From positions 37,261-101,260 of the forward strand of contig NW_005434580.1 in NCBI RefSeq assembly GCF_000315625.1: DNA of 64,000 bases. The letters are read 5' to 3'. The DNA is from Guillardia theta CCMP2712. Lineage: Eukaryota; Protista; Cryptophyta. The notes under the pieces are model-generated. The model did not search any database, had not been told where the DNA came from, and saw only the letters and a program-made list of their open reading frames with translations. Position numbers and translations under genes: made by a program. Shown here piece by piece: positions 51,745-64,000 of this stretch (its first letter is position 1; the number at the start of each line of letters is the position of its first letter).

Positions 51745-54471
51745 ATCATAGGGAGGATAAGAAGACCTTCCTTGCGGAGATCTCGAGCGCCGGGTCATCG
51801 AGCTGACTGCGACCCCCATCTCCTTCATCCTCCTCACGTCGAACGCGGTCGTCCGGGTCGGCTGCGAGACACTGCCATGGCGTCAGGAGGAGAAAGAAGG
51901 ATCATGAAACTTACAGCCGGGCGGAAGGGGAGGAGGAGGAGGCAGGCCTGCGAGTGAGGGGGGGAGGGAGGAGAGGAGGAGGAGAGGAGGTCTTGGTCAA
52001 GGGCTGCCAGCTCCTCTCTTTCTCCTTCAGGCTGAAGTCGAAGGGCTCGGGACTGTGCATGACGCAGGAGGGCTTGAGCTCGGGGGAGATGCATCGGCCG
52101 GAGACAGCATGGAAAGTAAGGGAAGCTACCTCTTCCGCATACCTTCGCATCTCCAGCTCGTCCCTTCCCTCCTCCTCCTCCTCCTGCTGGCACTGGCGAT
52201 GGCCCTGCTCCTTGCCCTCTCCCTTGCAGGCCTCCTCCCTCCTCCCAAACGTCTCCTGCAGGTCAAAGAAACTCTCAGGCTCGGCCGCGTCTAAGTTGAG
52301 TGCCAGCGGCTCGAACTCCTTCTGTCCGTCAAGCCCGAGCAGCAGCGCCTCGAACTCCTCCTGCCACTGATCCTTGTCCGGCAGCTCCTGCCCCTGTCCT
52401 GCTGTCCCTGGGGTCTGCGGCACGCTCTGCGTTTGCTCCTCTGTACTCCCTCCCGGCAGGGGTGCTGGTTGCTCGCTGACCTTTGCTTCCATCGGAGCGG
52501 AGATCTCCTGGGGAAGAGAACAATCGCCGGAGGAGGAGGAGGAGGAGGTCTGCTGCTGCTGCTGAGGAGGAGCCTCGTCCCCTGCGGAGAAGGTCAGGCA
52601 GGGGGTCGTGAAGGGGAGGAGCGGACCGAGGAGGAGCTTCTCGAATTCGTCTTGCCACTGCTCCTTGGCTTCTTCTTTCTTCTCCACTTCCTCCTTGACG
52701 CCATCCAGCTTCGCCTCTTCCATACTGCTCTCCAGTTTCTTCGGCAGTGTGCGCTCCTTTGCATTCTCCTGCTTCCTAGGGGTCTCCGACTGCCTCGCCT
52801 GCTCCCGCCTGAGGGTGGAGGAGCCGAAGCTGGAGGAGAAGGAGGGGCTGGAGAGGCGAGAGAGGGAGAGTCCCTCTTGCTGTATCACGATCTTGAAGTT
52901 GTTCGGTGCGGTAGGGGAGGACGTGCATCTTTCGAATTTCCTCCTGGTGATCGAAAGGAGACAGGACGGTCAGGGCGAGGAGAGGATGAGGATGAAAACT
53001 TACTCTTTGCCTCCTTGTCGAACAAGAGGAAGCTCGTCAAACTGCGATTGACATCAAGAAGGAACAGAACGATTTGAGATGAAAGGAAATGTAAGAGGAG
53101 GGCAAGAAAACTCAATCAGTGACAAAATGAAATCCGTGAGCAAACTCAATCATTGAAAGCTCAATCTAACAAGACAGAAGAGTTCGACTCTCTTTGTCAT
53201 TGACAGCAATCTCTCTCCCCCGTCATCACTTCTTGCCTCTCTTACCAGCGTCGCTGACGACGGCAACCTTTGAGTCGGAGACAGGCAGTTGGCGTACGCT
53301 AGTCCAAGCCCGATGACCCCTGCTGTCTGCCTCAATGCCTAGTTCACCACCCCTCCTCTCTCCCACCTTTCCTTCCCAGGTCCCACAACCTCCTCTCCTG
53401 ACTCTTCAAGAAGTGTTGTTGAGGCCCGATAATGCTTCCAGGTCTGCCAAGTGACATCAGCCTTGTTCTCCACCTCTGCTCTGCTTTGGTCTGCTCCGCT
53501 CCGCTCTGTCCCGCTCTCTGCTCTACTCTGCCCTCTCCTCAACTTCTCCATCTCCCAGTATCCAACTCCTGTCGTCCTCATCACAGGAAACTTCACCTTG
53601 CTATCCGAAGCCAGCCGATGCTTTCTTCAGCAGTAAAACCGTATGCCTTCATAAGGAACAGACCTGAAAGACAGTCACTTACCCCTCTCTATTCATGTCA
53701 AGTTGCCTATAAGAGTTTGAGTCCGCCCAAGACCGGCAGAGCAATGAACAGCAGTGACCGACTGAGACGACTCGGCGATGGATAGGAACCTGAAAACACA
53801 ACAGTCATCTCATATATCTCACGTGCATCTTCATCGTCTCTTCTCCTCCAAACATCTTTCCTCTCTCTTTCCCTCGTCTCATCTCTCTCTGTCTCTCTGC
53901 ATCCTCTTCTTCTCATTCTAAATCATTCTCTCTCTCTTTCTTCATCGCAACATGTCGTATCAACCTGTCGATCGTGGCATCGGACGGTGTCGCTCGGGCG
54001 TTGTAGTTGATGTCATGATGTCGGAACCCTAACAAACAGCAATCAGAACGCACCAACAACCTTCGCCCACAATGCACACCGGCGTTCACAAAGTCTTTGG
54101 GATCATAACTGCAGCAAACTTCACGTCAGTCGTCCATCGGCGCAACTCTGCTCTTCAAACTCAGCACAGCACCTGTATCCGTTCAACCGGATGATGTCTT
54201 CTACATTCATGGACTTCAACACGTTGATGTAGTCAGCGGGGGTGTGCGACACGGTCCCGTCTGAGTTCTTTGCTCTCTGCCTTGCCGTCAGACGGACAGG
54301 AACAAATTCCTCGCTGTTCTCCAAACCTTCTCTCGCGGGCTCTTGAACGCTACAAACTTGCCCTCTACGATCGTGTTGAGATTTCCGTTACCGTGATCGT
54401 CATAATGCTAAAGTGCGCTTGTGAGATCAACGCCGAAACGAACATAGAGCAGGGGAAGAGACCATCAAAGT

Positions 54472-54531
<60 letters not shown>

Positions 54532-55410
54532 CACAGGAGCAGGAGCAGCAGACACAAGAGCCAGTGCAAATGGAAGAAGACAAAGTGGTTCCATGGATGG
54601 AGACGAGGAGGAGGAGGAGGAGGGAGGAGGGAGGAGAGGACCAGAGGGAAGGAGGAGTGTGAGAACAGTACCAGATACTCTTCAGGGTCGAACCTCAACG
54701 GGTTGAACACGCCTTTCTGCATCGCCCGCTCCAGCCCCGACCAGCAAGAGGTCAGATGGAGCTCGAAGCTCACGGGATCCCAAGTCGCATCCCTGTAGTT
54801 GAGGCAGACGTCCCGCGGGATGTTGGCGAACGGCTTCATGGCTTCTGCCGGAGGGACGTGGAGGACAACAACCATGAAGGCGCCGCAGAGGAAGATCGAG
54901 TTAGTGAGGTCCTTGGGCTCGGGGGACGTGTAGAACACGAGCTTGTTCGAGGGCCCTTGGACCAAGAAGTCTTGCACCTCCTGACAGAATAACATGATGG
55001 CTGCGAGGTTCGGGGGCCCAAAGTCTGCAGCGAAGGGAACATACCTCGTCCTCTTGTTAAGGCTCATGAAATGCACATCGTCCTGCGGGCAGAGAGTCAG
55101 GCTCCTCCAGGACATTTAGAGATTCTTTGACGCTTCCCACCTGATCGATGGGCTTCCTGTGCAGGGCTGCAAGGAAGAACCTGTCGTCGAGGATGGAGAC
55201 GAGAGCTCTGAAGTTCTCCACCCCCTCGGGAGAGAAGTCCGACTCGTCCACAGACTCCGACACAAAGAACCGCTCGTCATGGCCAGGGATCGAGTACCAT
55301 TTGCAGCAGTCCCTGTTTCTCGTCGGCGATCGCAGAGCATCTCGATCAACAGTGCTCTCTTTCTCGTTCTTCTCCTCAAACATGTCTCTACAAGGAAACA
55401 CCGATGACAT
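51745..55410 (-). CDS. CDC14: Cdc14-family dual-specificity phosphatase homologue with long acidic C-terminal tail
   Basis: A-domain YVPFAADFGPPNLA..YRDAT..FDPEEY; NGNLNTIVEGKFVAFKSP; IIRLN; P-loop VHCSAGLGRTQTLI; ESIGWLRIAR|PGSIIGPQQHFL. Tail includes ORF 51911-52888; 3' end approximate. Confidence 0.85.
54470..54550 (+). repeat. (GGAGCA)n microsatellite in a Cdc14 intron
   Basis: Direct reiteration. Confidence 0.9.
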
Positions 55411-57912
55411 GTGGGCGCCGACCCTTTCCGCCTTGAACCACGCCGTTCCTCCACGAGGAAATCAAACAAGTTGAGAAAGAGGTAAGGCACAGAGCTATGA
55501 TGTGGAGATTTCTTGGAGTTGAGTAGGAGGGAGGAGGTGCGGAGGTGAGGGACGGAAGAAGAGGAGAGGAGAGGAGAGGAGGAGGAGGAGGAGAGGGTAG
55601 TGAGGAAAGGAAGTAGTTTGAGGTGGGGAAGGAGAAGCGAAGGTCAATGACGAACCGCAATAATACTTGTAAATTACATTAAAAATATTTAATTGGATAT
55701 AACACCACTAAAACTATTGTAAATGATGGTACGTGAGTGTTTATATTATTTTAGGTCATATCACGCGGGCTATAATGATAAAAGTCATTTTAACTGCGTG
55801 TGGGTTTGTGAAACGTTGAGATTTCCTGACTTCTCACACCGTTGCCTCTTTCATGTTTTGAACCCCCACCCCCTCTTTCCTCTGTCCGACTACCCCTACG
55901 ATCGGATGGGCTATAGTTGAGAACGTACCACCCTTTTATTTAATCAGACTCCTTGCCGTACCCCCTCCATAGATTGTCTTTCTTCCGTATGAACACTTAC
56001 CTTAGTACATAACCACTATTTCCTATTGTCATACATAGTAAATATTTTATCTTGGGAACATTTTGAACACGTATGGAAGATACACCCACCCTTGTTGTAA
56101 ACTACATCATCAACTACCCACCCTTGAAAGAAGTACTCGTCGGGCCGTGATGATGCGACCTCCGCCGATGTGTTTACAAGAATACAATATCAGTCAATCT
56201 TACACTTGGCCTCCGCCCCAGTGACTATTTATAAAGATGTGTCAAGACAGCAAAATTTTCTATATATTGGTAAAAGGTGCCAAATTTCTGTCCAGAACTA
56301 TAGGGCCAATGGAAGGGCAGCAACAAGAACTACCCTAAGGATATTTGTAACATCTGTAGATATCGTGGGCAGCAAACCTGCCTTGACCAACCCAGCACGT
56401 GCAGCATGCGAGGGAAAGGAGACGAACAAAGGTCAGCAGCGCAGGATGGGGACGAGGAGGGAGGGATATGGTGGGATGAAAAGAGGTGAATCAAGGGAAA
56501 GATACTCAGATGAAGTGGGCTATCAGCAATTGTATATTCGTGGCTGTCTTATCTCCATGTTTTGCCTGCTTTGTTGTGGGATTGTGCTGTCGATATATTG
56601 TGAATTCCTTGGGGAATGAGAACGATGGCGTGTTGAGAACTTGATCAGCATGGTATAATCGGGCGCTTCTGCATCCCGTGCTTCGTTCCGACTCGTCGGA
56701 AGGAGGAGAGGGAACCATCAAACGGAACGCGCCCTTCATGGCCATGCGAGAAATGTCGGGGCCTTTGGTTTTTGGTAGCTGCTGTGTGACTTCGGTCATA
56801 AATCCTCACAGCTGTCAAGAATTTCGGGCCCCGGAAATGTTTCAGTGAGCCTCCAATAGTATGAGAATGGAAAGACAAACGATTGAGTGCGCGAGGTTGA
56901 TGGTTGAATGAAATGTTTCTGTCGGGAGTGGTGCTGTTGTTTTGTGAAGTTTCACTGTATTGCCTCGTTCTGTTGATACTGAATGATTGATGTCGCAGGG
57001 ACAGAACGTAAGATCACCAACGACGTTTCCAGCAGCTTTGCTGTGAGCGGTCCCATCGTGAAATGCTGTGAGCGGCCCCATCGTGAAATGTAAACCTAGT
57101 GTAGTTCATACATGTACACCTAGTCATATGATTCAACCTTTGCTATCTAGCTCGCAAAGATGTAAGTTCTTGGAATGTTGAATGTGTAAATATCTCCTCC
57201 GTTTCAATGACTTCTCTATTCTGTACTCAAACCTCCTCCTGTCCTCAAATTTCCTCCCAACTCTCCCGACTACCGTTCACCAACACAGAGACAACATCTT
57301 ACAAAACGAACGATACTCGTAGAACAACACATGATTGCACGAGCTTTCTCCGGCTAAAAATTCCCTCGTGCACAACAATGGCACCATGTTATCTCCTTGC
57401 TCAACATCTTAAAACACCCTCCCACGTCTCACAAGCACTTGTAGGGACTTGCGTTGTCTCTCAGCAATCGTCTCGATCATAACAAGAACATCGGCATCAT
57501 TCAGTATCCTGAAGTTGATTTTGATTTCACTCCAGACGTCTCCCCACACATTCCTTCCTGTTCACGCTAAGACAGTAGAAGTTGTCGCCAAGAACGGAGG
57601 AGGGGGCAGGAAAGGGCTGACAGACGTAGCACGACGGTGCCGGTGAGCGTAGGCTCGAAGGACAGGAGTTTCCTTCATCTCTGCTGCAGCGGAGAGGATT
57701 ATCACCTTGTACATTCTATCAGCTCACCATGTTCCCAGGCAGTCCCTATCTCATCCCCCCTCCCTCCTCCTCCCTCACTCCCCCTTCCTCCCTCCCTCCC
57801 TCCCCCTCCCCCCCTCCCCATTCCTCCCCCCCCCTCCCTCCCTCCCTCCCCCTCCCTCCCTCCCTCCCTGCCTCCCTCCCTCCGCTCGGCTCGGCTCCCT
57901 TCCTCCGTCGCC

Positions 57913-58042
57913 NNNNNNNNNNNNNNNNNNNNNNNNNNNNNNNNNNNNNNNNNNNNNNNNNNNNNNNNNNNNNNNNNNNNNNNNNNNNNNNNNNNNNNNN
58001 NNNNNNNNNNNNNNNNNNNNNNNNNNNNNNNNNNNNNNNNNN
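57913..58042. other. Assembly gap
   Basis: N run. Confidence 1.
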
Positions 58043-58171
58043 TTCTCTCTTTTCTCTTTCTTTATCTTCCTCACATACCTCGACAAGCAAATCCTGTGGA
58101 TATGGCCCCCGCCACCCCCCTTCCCCCCCGAACTATTCCGTTAGTACATGAGGCAATCAAACAAGTTGGGA

Positions 58172-58174
<3 letters not shown>

Positions 58175-58232
<58 letters not shown>
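58175..58232 (+). repeat. (GA)n microsatellite
   Basis: Direct reiteration. Confidence 0.95.
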
Positions 58233-58235
<3 letters not shown>

Positions 58236-58563
58236 GGGGGGGAGGGGGGGGAGAGAGAGAGGAGGAGGAGGAGGAGGAGGAGGGGTCAGTCAGTACTTGC
58301 AGGCCAGTCAAGGCATTCAGAGGAGGGGCGGCATATGACGAGAGCAGGAATGCAGATTCTGCAAGTTTGCAAGTAGGAGGTGACGTTGGGGTTGCACACA
58401 AAGATGCGCTAACGGGAAGAAGCTGCAGTCAAGGAGCAGGACGAGGAACTCAGAGCAGCTGTCACAGCATCTTACGCTCATGCAGGGCTGGACGAATGGC
58501 GAAGGGGGAGCCGAGATGCTGAGACGCTCGCGCTGACTGTGAAGCTACAAGACTCGGAGGACC

Positions 58564-60581
58564 ATGAGGGAGCCGGGGGAGCTCGGACTCGCCTCCTTGG
58601 GACGGATCGCTCTTGTGCTCTTCTCCCTTCTCCTCGTCGGAACGCTACTGGCCGCAAGATGGCCAGGGGGGGACTTGCTGAGCAGGGAAGTTGCGATGGG
58701 TGTGTACGGCCTGTTGTCCTTGCAACGTCCGATCGGCACGGGGAGGAGCAGAGGTGCGGAGCATGTCGATTGCTCCACACAGAGTGACTGATGTGCTTGT
58801 CCAGGCCTCAAGCTCCTCAGCAACTCACGGGAACAACCTCCGGCCAGCAACGACACCGGCTCGGTTCCTCCTTTCCCTCCCATCTTTCCTTTGCCCCATC
58901 ACTGGGAGAACGGCAGCATGACCGTCAACCTGGTCCCTGACTTCAAGTTTGAGATCGCCTCCTCCTCCAAGGACCTCCTCTCCCTAGCCGCACGCTACAG
59001 GAAGATATGCTTTCCTCGCAAAGCGCGTTGGGCTCCCAACCGACAGGACAGGAGCACGGCTCTCACCAAGCTTCAGCTCGTTGTAACGTCTCCCGATCAC
59101 GTCCTCAGTCCGCACACGGACGAGTCCTACACCCTCCTGCTACCTGCCGGGGGCAAGGGCGAGGGAGGGAGGGTGGCTGTGCTAGAGGCCAGCACGCAGT
59201 TTGGGGCCATGAGAGGGCTGGAGACTTTCTCGCAGCTGCTGCACTTCGACTTTGACCTGAGTGCCTACAGGGTCCTCCATGCTCCATGGCAGGTGAAGGA
59301 CAAGCCTCGCTTCCCTCACCGCGAGCTCCTTGTGGACTCAGCCAGGCATTTCCTCCCCGTCCGCGTCCTGAAGGACCTCCTCTCCTCCCTCTCCTTCGCC
59401 AAGATCAACGTCCTCCACTGGCACCTTGCCGACACCCAGTCGTTCCCCATGCAGAGCAGGAACAACCCCGAGCTCTCAAGGAGAGGAAGCTTCTCCTCTG
59501 ACGAGACCTACTCCGAGGATGACGTGGCAGAGATCGTCGAGTGGGGGAGAATGCGGGGGGTCCGCGTCCTCCCTGAGATCGACATGCCGGGGCACGCGGC
59601 GAGCTGGTGCAGGGGATACCCCAAGATCTGCCCCAGCCCCTCCTGCCTCGAGCCGTTGAGCCCGGTCATGCCGACCCCTCTAACTCCCTTCGCTTCCGAC
59701 GATACCTTCACGGTAGTGGAGAGGCTGATGGGGGACGTTGTCAGCTCCTTCCCGGAGCCTCTGCTGCACCTTGGAGGAGACGAGGTGAACACAAGCTGCT
59801 GGGAGGCATCGGAGAGCATCAAGGGATGGATGAAGCAGAACAACCTGACGACAGGAGATGCGTTTAAGCTCTTCCTCTTGCGTGCGCACGCCATGGCAGC
59901 CAAGTTCCACAGGCGGCCGGTGGTGTGGGACGAAGTGTGGGACGTGGTAGGAGCAAACTTGAGCAAGGACGTAATCATTCAGCAGTGGAGATGGGGAGGA
60001 AACCACGTGAATAGGACCAAGAATGTAACGTCCAACGGATATCAGCTGATCTGGATGGTGGACCCGGACTGGTACCTTGACAGCCTGTCGACAGGATGGG
60101 AGAAAATCCACACGACCGACTTGTGCGAGGGCTTGACTGAGGAAGAGTGTGAGCGAGTGATAGGAGGAGGCGGCGGCATGTGGGGGGAGACAGTGGATGC
60201 CTCGGACCTGGAGCAGGTAGGAAATGACCCAGGGATGAGGGGTGGGGGTAATGCATCCTTGCAGACAGTCTGGCCTCGGATGGCAGCCTTGGCAGAAGTC
60301 CTGTGGTCACCTGCTCCAACGGGAAAGAGGTGAGAAGGAGGGAAGACCGCGCGGTTTCAGCCTCTCCTGACGTCCTTGCAAGGTCGCACGAGCTCGCCTG
60401 GTCCCTCAACGTGACGAGGTCGAGGTTGAAAGCTTTCCGCTGCCTCCTCCTTCAGCGTTAGCACAACCTCAACTTGCTCTCGTGCTCTAACGACTGTACA
60501 GGAGGAGTACGCGCGGCACCTGTTGACAATGCTGTGGCTCGAACAGCTCCTTCGGGGCCAGGAGGTTGTAGGGATGCGTGA
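58564..60581 (+). CDS. Beta-N-acetylhexosaminidase (GH20)
   Basis: TDESYTL, GAMRGLETFSQL, DKPRFPHRELLVDSARHF, NVLHWHLADTQSFP, EIDMPGH, catalytic HLGGDE, MWGETVD|TVWPR, FRCLLLQR|GVRAAP. Start approximate. Confidence 0.92.
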
Positions 60582-60750
60582 GCGAAGATGTGTTAAGAGG
60601 ATAACATAGTTACACAGTAACATTCACTCCTTCAATTACATTACACACGCAATCTCTCTTCATACCCCGATTATTAGGTACACTATACTCGTTGGTCCAT
60701 TTGTTCCCACGGTTCTACACCATAACAAAGATCCAAGTTCACGGATTGTT

Positions 60751-61420
60751 TCATATCTGGAAGTCCAACGACACATCCTGTAACGTTGGACATGACGCTC
60801 GTCGAGCTTTAGAAACCATCATACCCTTCAAGTTTGCCTGGATCAAGTTGCGAGCAGAGCCATTCCTCTGGAACGCCTGCATGTCGCCGTCCATTACGTG
60901 GCGTTTGATCCCATTCTCTTCGATGTGATTCAGCCTGTACAGGATATGGAGAAGACGTCGGTCTCGCTCTGCCGCCCTCCAGACTTGCTCGAGGTCGATT
61001 CGTACCAGCTCCCCTGTGCTATTCCTCCTCTGTGGCTTCCGATTCTGATCCTCTTTCACGCCGAAGAAATCCTCCCACACCTCCTTGCTCATTCGTCTTT
61101 CTTGAAACTTCTTGTCTATCACTACTTCCTCTTCACCTCCTCTCTCTGCCGTCACTTTGTGATGCATCCACCACTGCATGGTCTCATCTCCAACCCAAAA
61201 TCTCGACGTTTTGTTTGTCGTCTGGAAGAATGTGCCAACACAACTTAAGGCCTAAGCTTGTCTCCGAACGGATATTCCTGGAACCAACGACGTCAGCACC
61301 AGAAGCATTCAATTTCTTCTCATTCGAGCTTTCAAAACAAGAAATAACATATCTATTCCTCAAAGAGTCTAACTTGATGACTGACGATGAAGGGACATTT
61401 GCACTTGCACTTGCGTGATG
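60751..61420 (-). CDS. Hypothetical protein
   Basis: Non-repetitive ORF 60751-61179 plus a probable upstream segment in 61184-61459. Confidence 0.5.
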
Positions 61421-62583
61421 GCATGAGATTCCAAATATTACGCTCTCAAACGCATTCAACTTTTACAATCAGATTCGCCTCACAGGTTCACCCCTTATCT
61501 TGCTCTTTTCAACAACGAGAACATCCTCAAGAATCACAATTCGACAACTTTGCCACTGCCCCTCGTAATCTTGCTTTGCCTCACATCCTCGCTCAATTAC
61601 TCATTTCTCATCTCTTTGTTTCATCAACTCATCATCTTCTTCATTCTCATATCTAGAAGTGTCTACCCTCCAGCATGATCCTCCCTTCTCCCTTCTCCCT
61701 TCCATCTCAACTCCTCCATGTCAACACTTCATTACAGCCTCTGCATTGTTTCGTCGGAGTTCCGATGACCCCACCCATCCGATTAACCAGGTTCTCAGAA
61801 TCGACAACCCCACCCCTTGTTTTGTACCTCATATTTGGTATGGGATATGGGGTACCTTAACACCCTTCGTACTACCCCACCCTCCTATCTGTCTGGGGAA
61901 AACGTGATAAGCGGCAACCCTCGTGATTTAATATATCTACCCACTGCTTTACATCAGGTCAAGGCAGGTACCCCTGATTTGCCCACCTACTACCCACCTT
62001 TTGAACAGTACCGTGGCAGGTTTCCAAACAACAACAATAATAATGTACATAGTGGGGGTAGGGGTGGTTCTGCGGATGGTCGCAATCCTAAAACTTGTTT
62101 TAATTCTGACCGTCTTTGCTGATTTGGAAACGATGGTGGAAGAATGGAAGTATGCTCTATTATTCAAATTTCATCGAAGAATTTTATAAACTCTTCAAAA
62201 CATTTGCTCTAAAATGAATGTTTTTATTTGTCCTCCAAAAAAAAAAGCTAGTGCCTCCTTTGACTGTCAGGTGATCCACCCCACCCCCTTCTTCACAACA
62301 TGTCACAGTCAGCCTTCACCCCACCCCTCCACACAACCACCCCTTTATACGTCTACCAAACTCTATCTGCAGTACCTGTCACGTCCTCACAAATCTATTA
62401 TCAAACCTCCCATGTCAAAACAGCTTACACGTATGCCATACCACCCCCTCACCTCCCCCACCCCATCAATTGAGGAACCCTACCCACCCAGGTGTGTACA
62501 GTACAATAAAAGCCTTAGTAGACTCAAAGCGGCATCCGACTCTTTGGGCCCGGGCGCCCGGTCTTCCGAGGGGTTTCAGGCTC

Positions 62584-63125
62584 ATAACCGACGGAGCACA
62601 AGTTTGTTAGACTTGTACTGTGCCAAAGTCAGAGTCACGCAGATATCACATCGACCTCAGTTGTAACAAGACAGGTTTTGCTCAAGACCAAGTTTAATGC
62701 ACACAAAACCAGAATTGAGGAGCACATGAGAGATAGACTGTATGCTAGGATGTGAAACCCCTACTAGTCGGAAAGCCCCCTCTTCGTCCCACGTACTACA
62801 TTGCCGCCTTGAAACACGTAAGTCGTCTTGGTTTACAGGAGAGTTTTTGTTAACTCGGCGCTATCTGACTTGGAACTCTGCTGACATGAAGTTCAGGCTC
62901 TTGTTTGTGTGACTTTCTGACGTCCGATGCCGCACGTACGATACTATCGAGTCAGGAACTCGGGGGGAGGATGGAGCGTATGCCAGCCGTGCCAGTCAGA
63001 TAGCGCCGAGTTAACAAAACAGGCTCTCCTGTAAACCAAGACGACTTTACAACTGAGGTCGATGTGATATCTGCGTGACTTTGGCACAGTACTAGCAAGT
63101 CTAACGAACTTGTGCTCCCGGTCAT
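62584..63125. mobile_element. Foldback/MITE-like inverted repeat with an insertion in the left arm
   Basis: 62584-62666 plus 62818-62870 are the reverse complement of 62994-63125 with a few mismatches and indels. The repeat is directly visible; mobile-element status is inference. Confidence 0.55.
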
Positions 63126-64000
63126 CAAGTCAGTTGACTGACCATCTTTACTCAAAGTTAAGTTAAAGATCAGTACGAGGACAAAAAACTTGACTCAGTG
63201 AAATCGGATGCACGGCCTGAACACAGAACGGCGTACACTTCAAGCGGCTTCTTTTTCACAACTTGGCTTCTCAGCCACTACTGACTCCCCGCCGCAGACC
63301 CGGAAATCAGCGGTGACCGTGCCGACCATGTATCAGATACTGAGCGGGGTACGGTCCGGCCCGCCGGGCCCGGCGCGGTCCCGGTCCCGGCATGGCCGGG
63401 GGCCGGGCCGCCGCCGCGCGCTGGCAGCCTCCATCACCCGGCCGCCGGGCCCGGAGTGCCAGTCGGACCGTCAGCGGTGACGCTGCCGGGAGTTACTAGA
63501 CTGGACCACTTCAGCTTAACTTCAGCCAGCCTAGGTCCAACGGCCGGGCGGCAGCAGCGACATGGCAGGTTGTGATGCTCCTGACAGTGCACGCGGCATC
63601 ATGATGCTGAGGGGAGGAGCCTTGAGGGGGCTGCCAGGATCAGGCGGGAGTCAGATCAGTTGAAAGAGGAGAAGCGGCAGGGAACGTTCCGGGACTGAAA
63701 GAGCAGGGCGACGGAGGAGGGAGGAGGGAGGAAGAGGAGGGAGGAAGGAGAAAGGAAGGTAGGAGGGTTGAGATGGTAGCACGACGTGACTGAGAGGAGG
63801 ATGCTGGCAAGGAGAAGCTGAGCTGAGCTGAGCTGGTGCACCCGGTAAAGGGGCGCAGGAAAGGATTAGAAGTCCTCGTTGAGAAGAGAAATGTCGGAGA
63901 GAAGATGAAAACAAGGTAGAGGGTTTGCAAGAGGGAAGCGAACAGGGTGGATGGCAATCGACGGACGACAAGACTTGTACGGTGAATACAGTGACTGACA

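Noticed and set aside
56170-57081. Possible gene or pseudogene in short overlapping ORFs
   Set aside because: No recognisable motif or consistent splice model.

Overview
This is eukaryotic nuclear DNA from a draft assembly with five N-gaps. It is most likely a cryptophyte alga (Guillardia/Hanusia-like). That assignment is inference from ~45-50 nt GT/GC-AG introns, a bipartite plastid presequence with Phe at +1, and a 'YGVSPKAIRDIW' HTH family I associate with cryptophytes. About 20 genes, mostly spliced, lie largely in alternating head-to-head and tail-to-tail pairs. Recognisable products: ARM-TIR-SAM protein, HTH/AT-hook protein, RPAP2/Rtr1, CaMK-type kinase fused to a C-terminal cNMP-binding domain, MAPK with a TAY loop, histidine phosphatase, formamidase, PAS-like protein, PDZ-PDZ-RING-H2 protein, Tudor/LysM-like protein, Cdc14-like phosphatase and GH20 hexosaminidase. 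Best leads: (1) manual splicing reveals a hidden C-terminal SAM domain that completes a SARM1-like ARM+TIR+SAM protein with the TIR catalytic Glu intact; (2) a Cdc14 homologue with a natural Asp-to-Ala change at the general acid; (3) the kinase-cNMP fusion; (4) recurring intergenic modules (CCGG/GGCC islands, AACTT clusters, ACCCC tracts); (5) a 28 x 40 bp near-perfect tandem array; (6) an interrupted foldback at 62.6-63.1 kb. No rRNA, tRNA, CRISPR array or transposase was seen. Gene models were built by eye and their ends are approximate unless stated.
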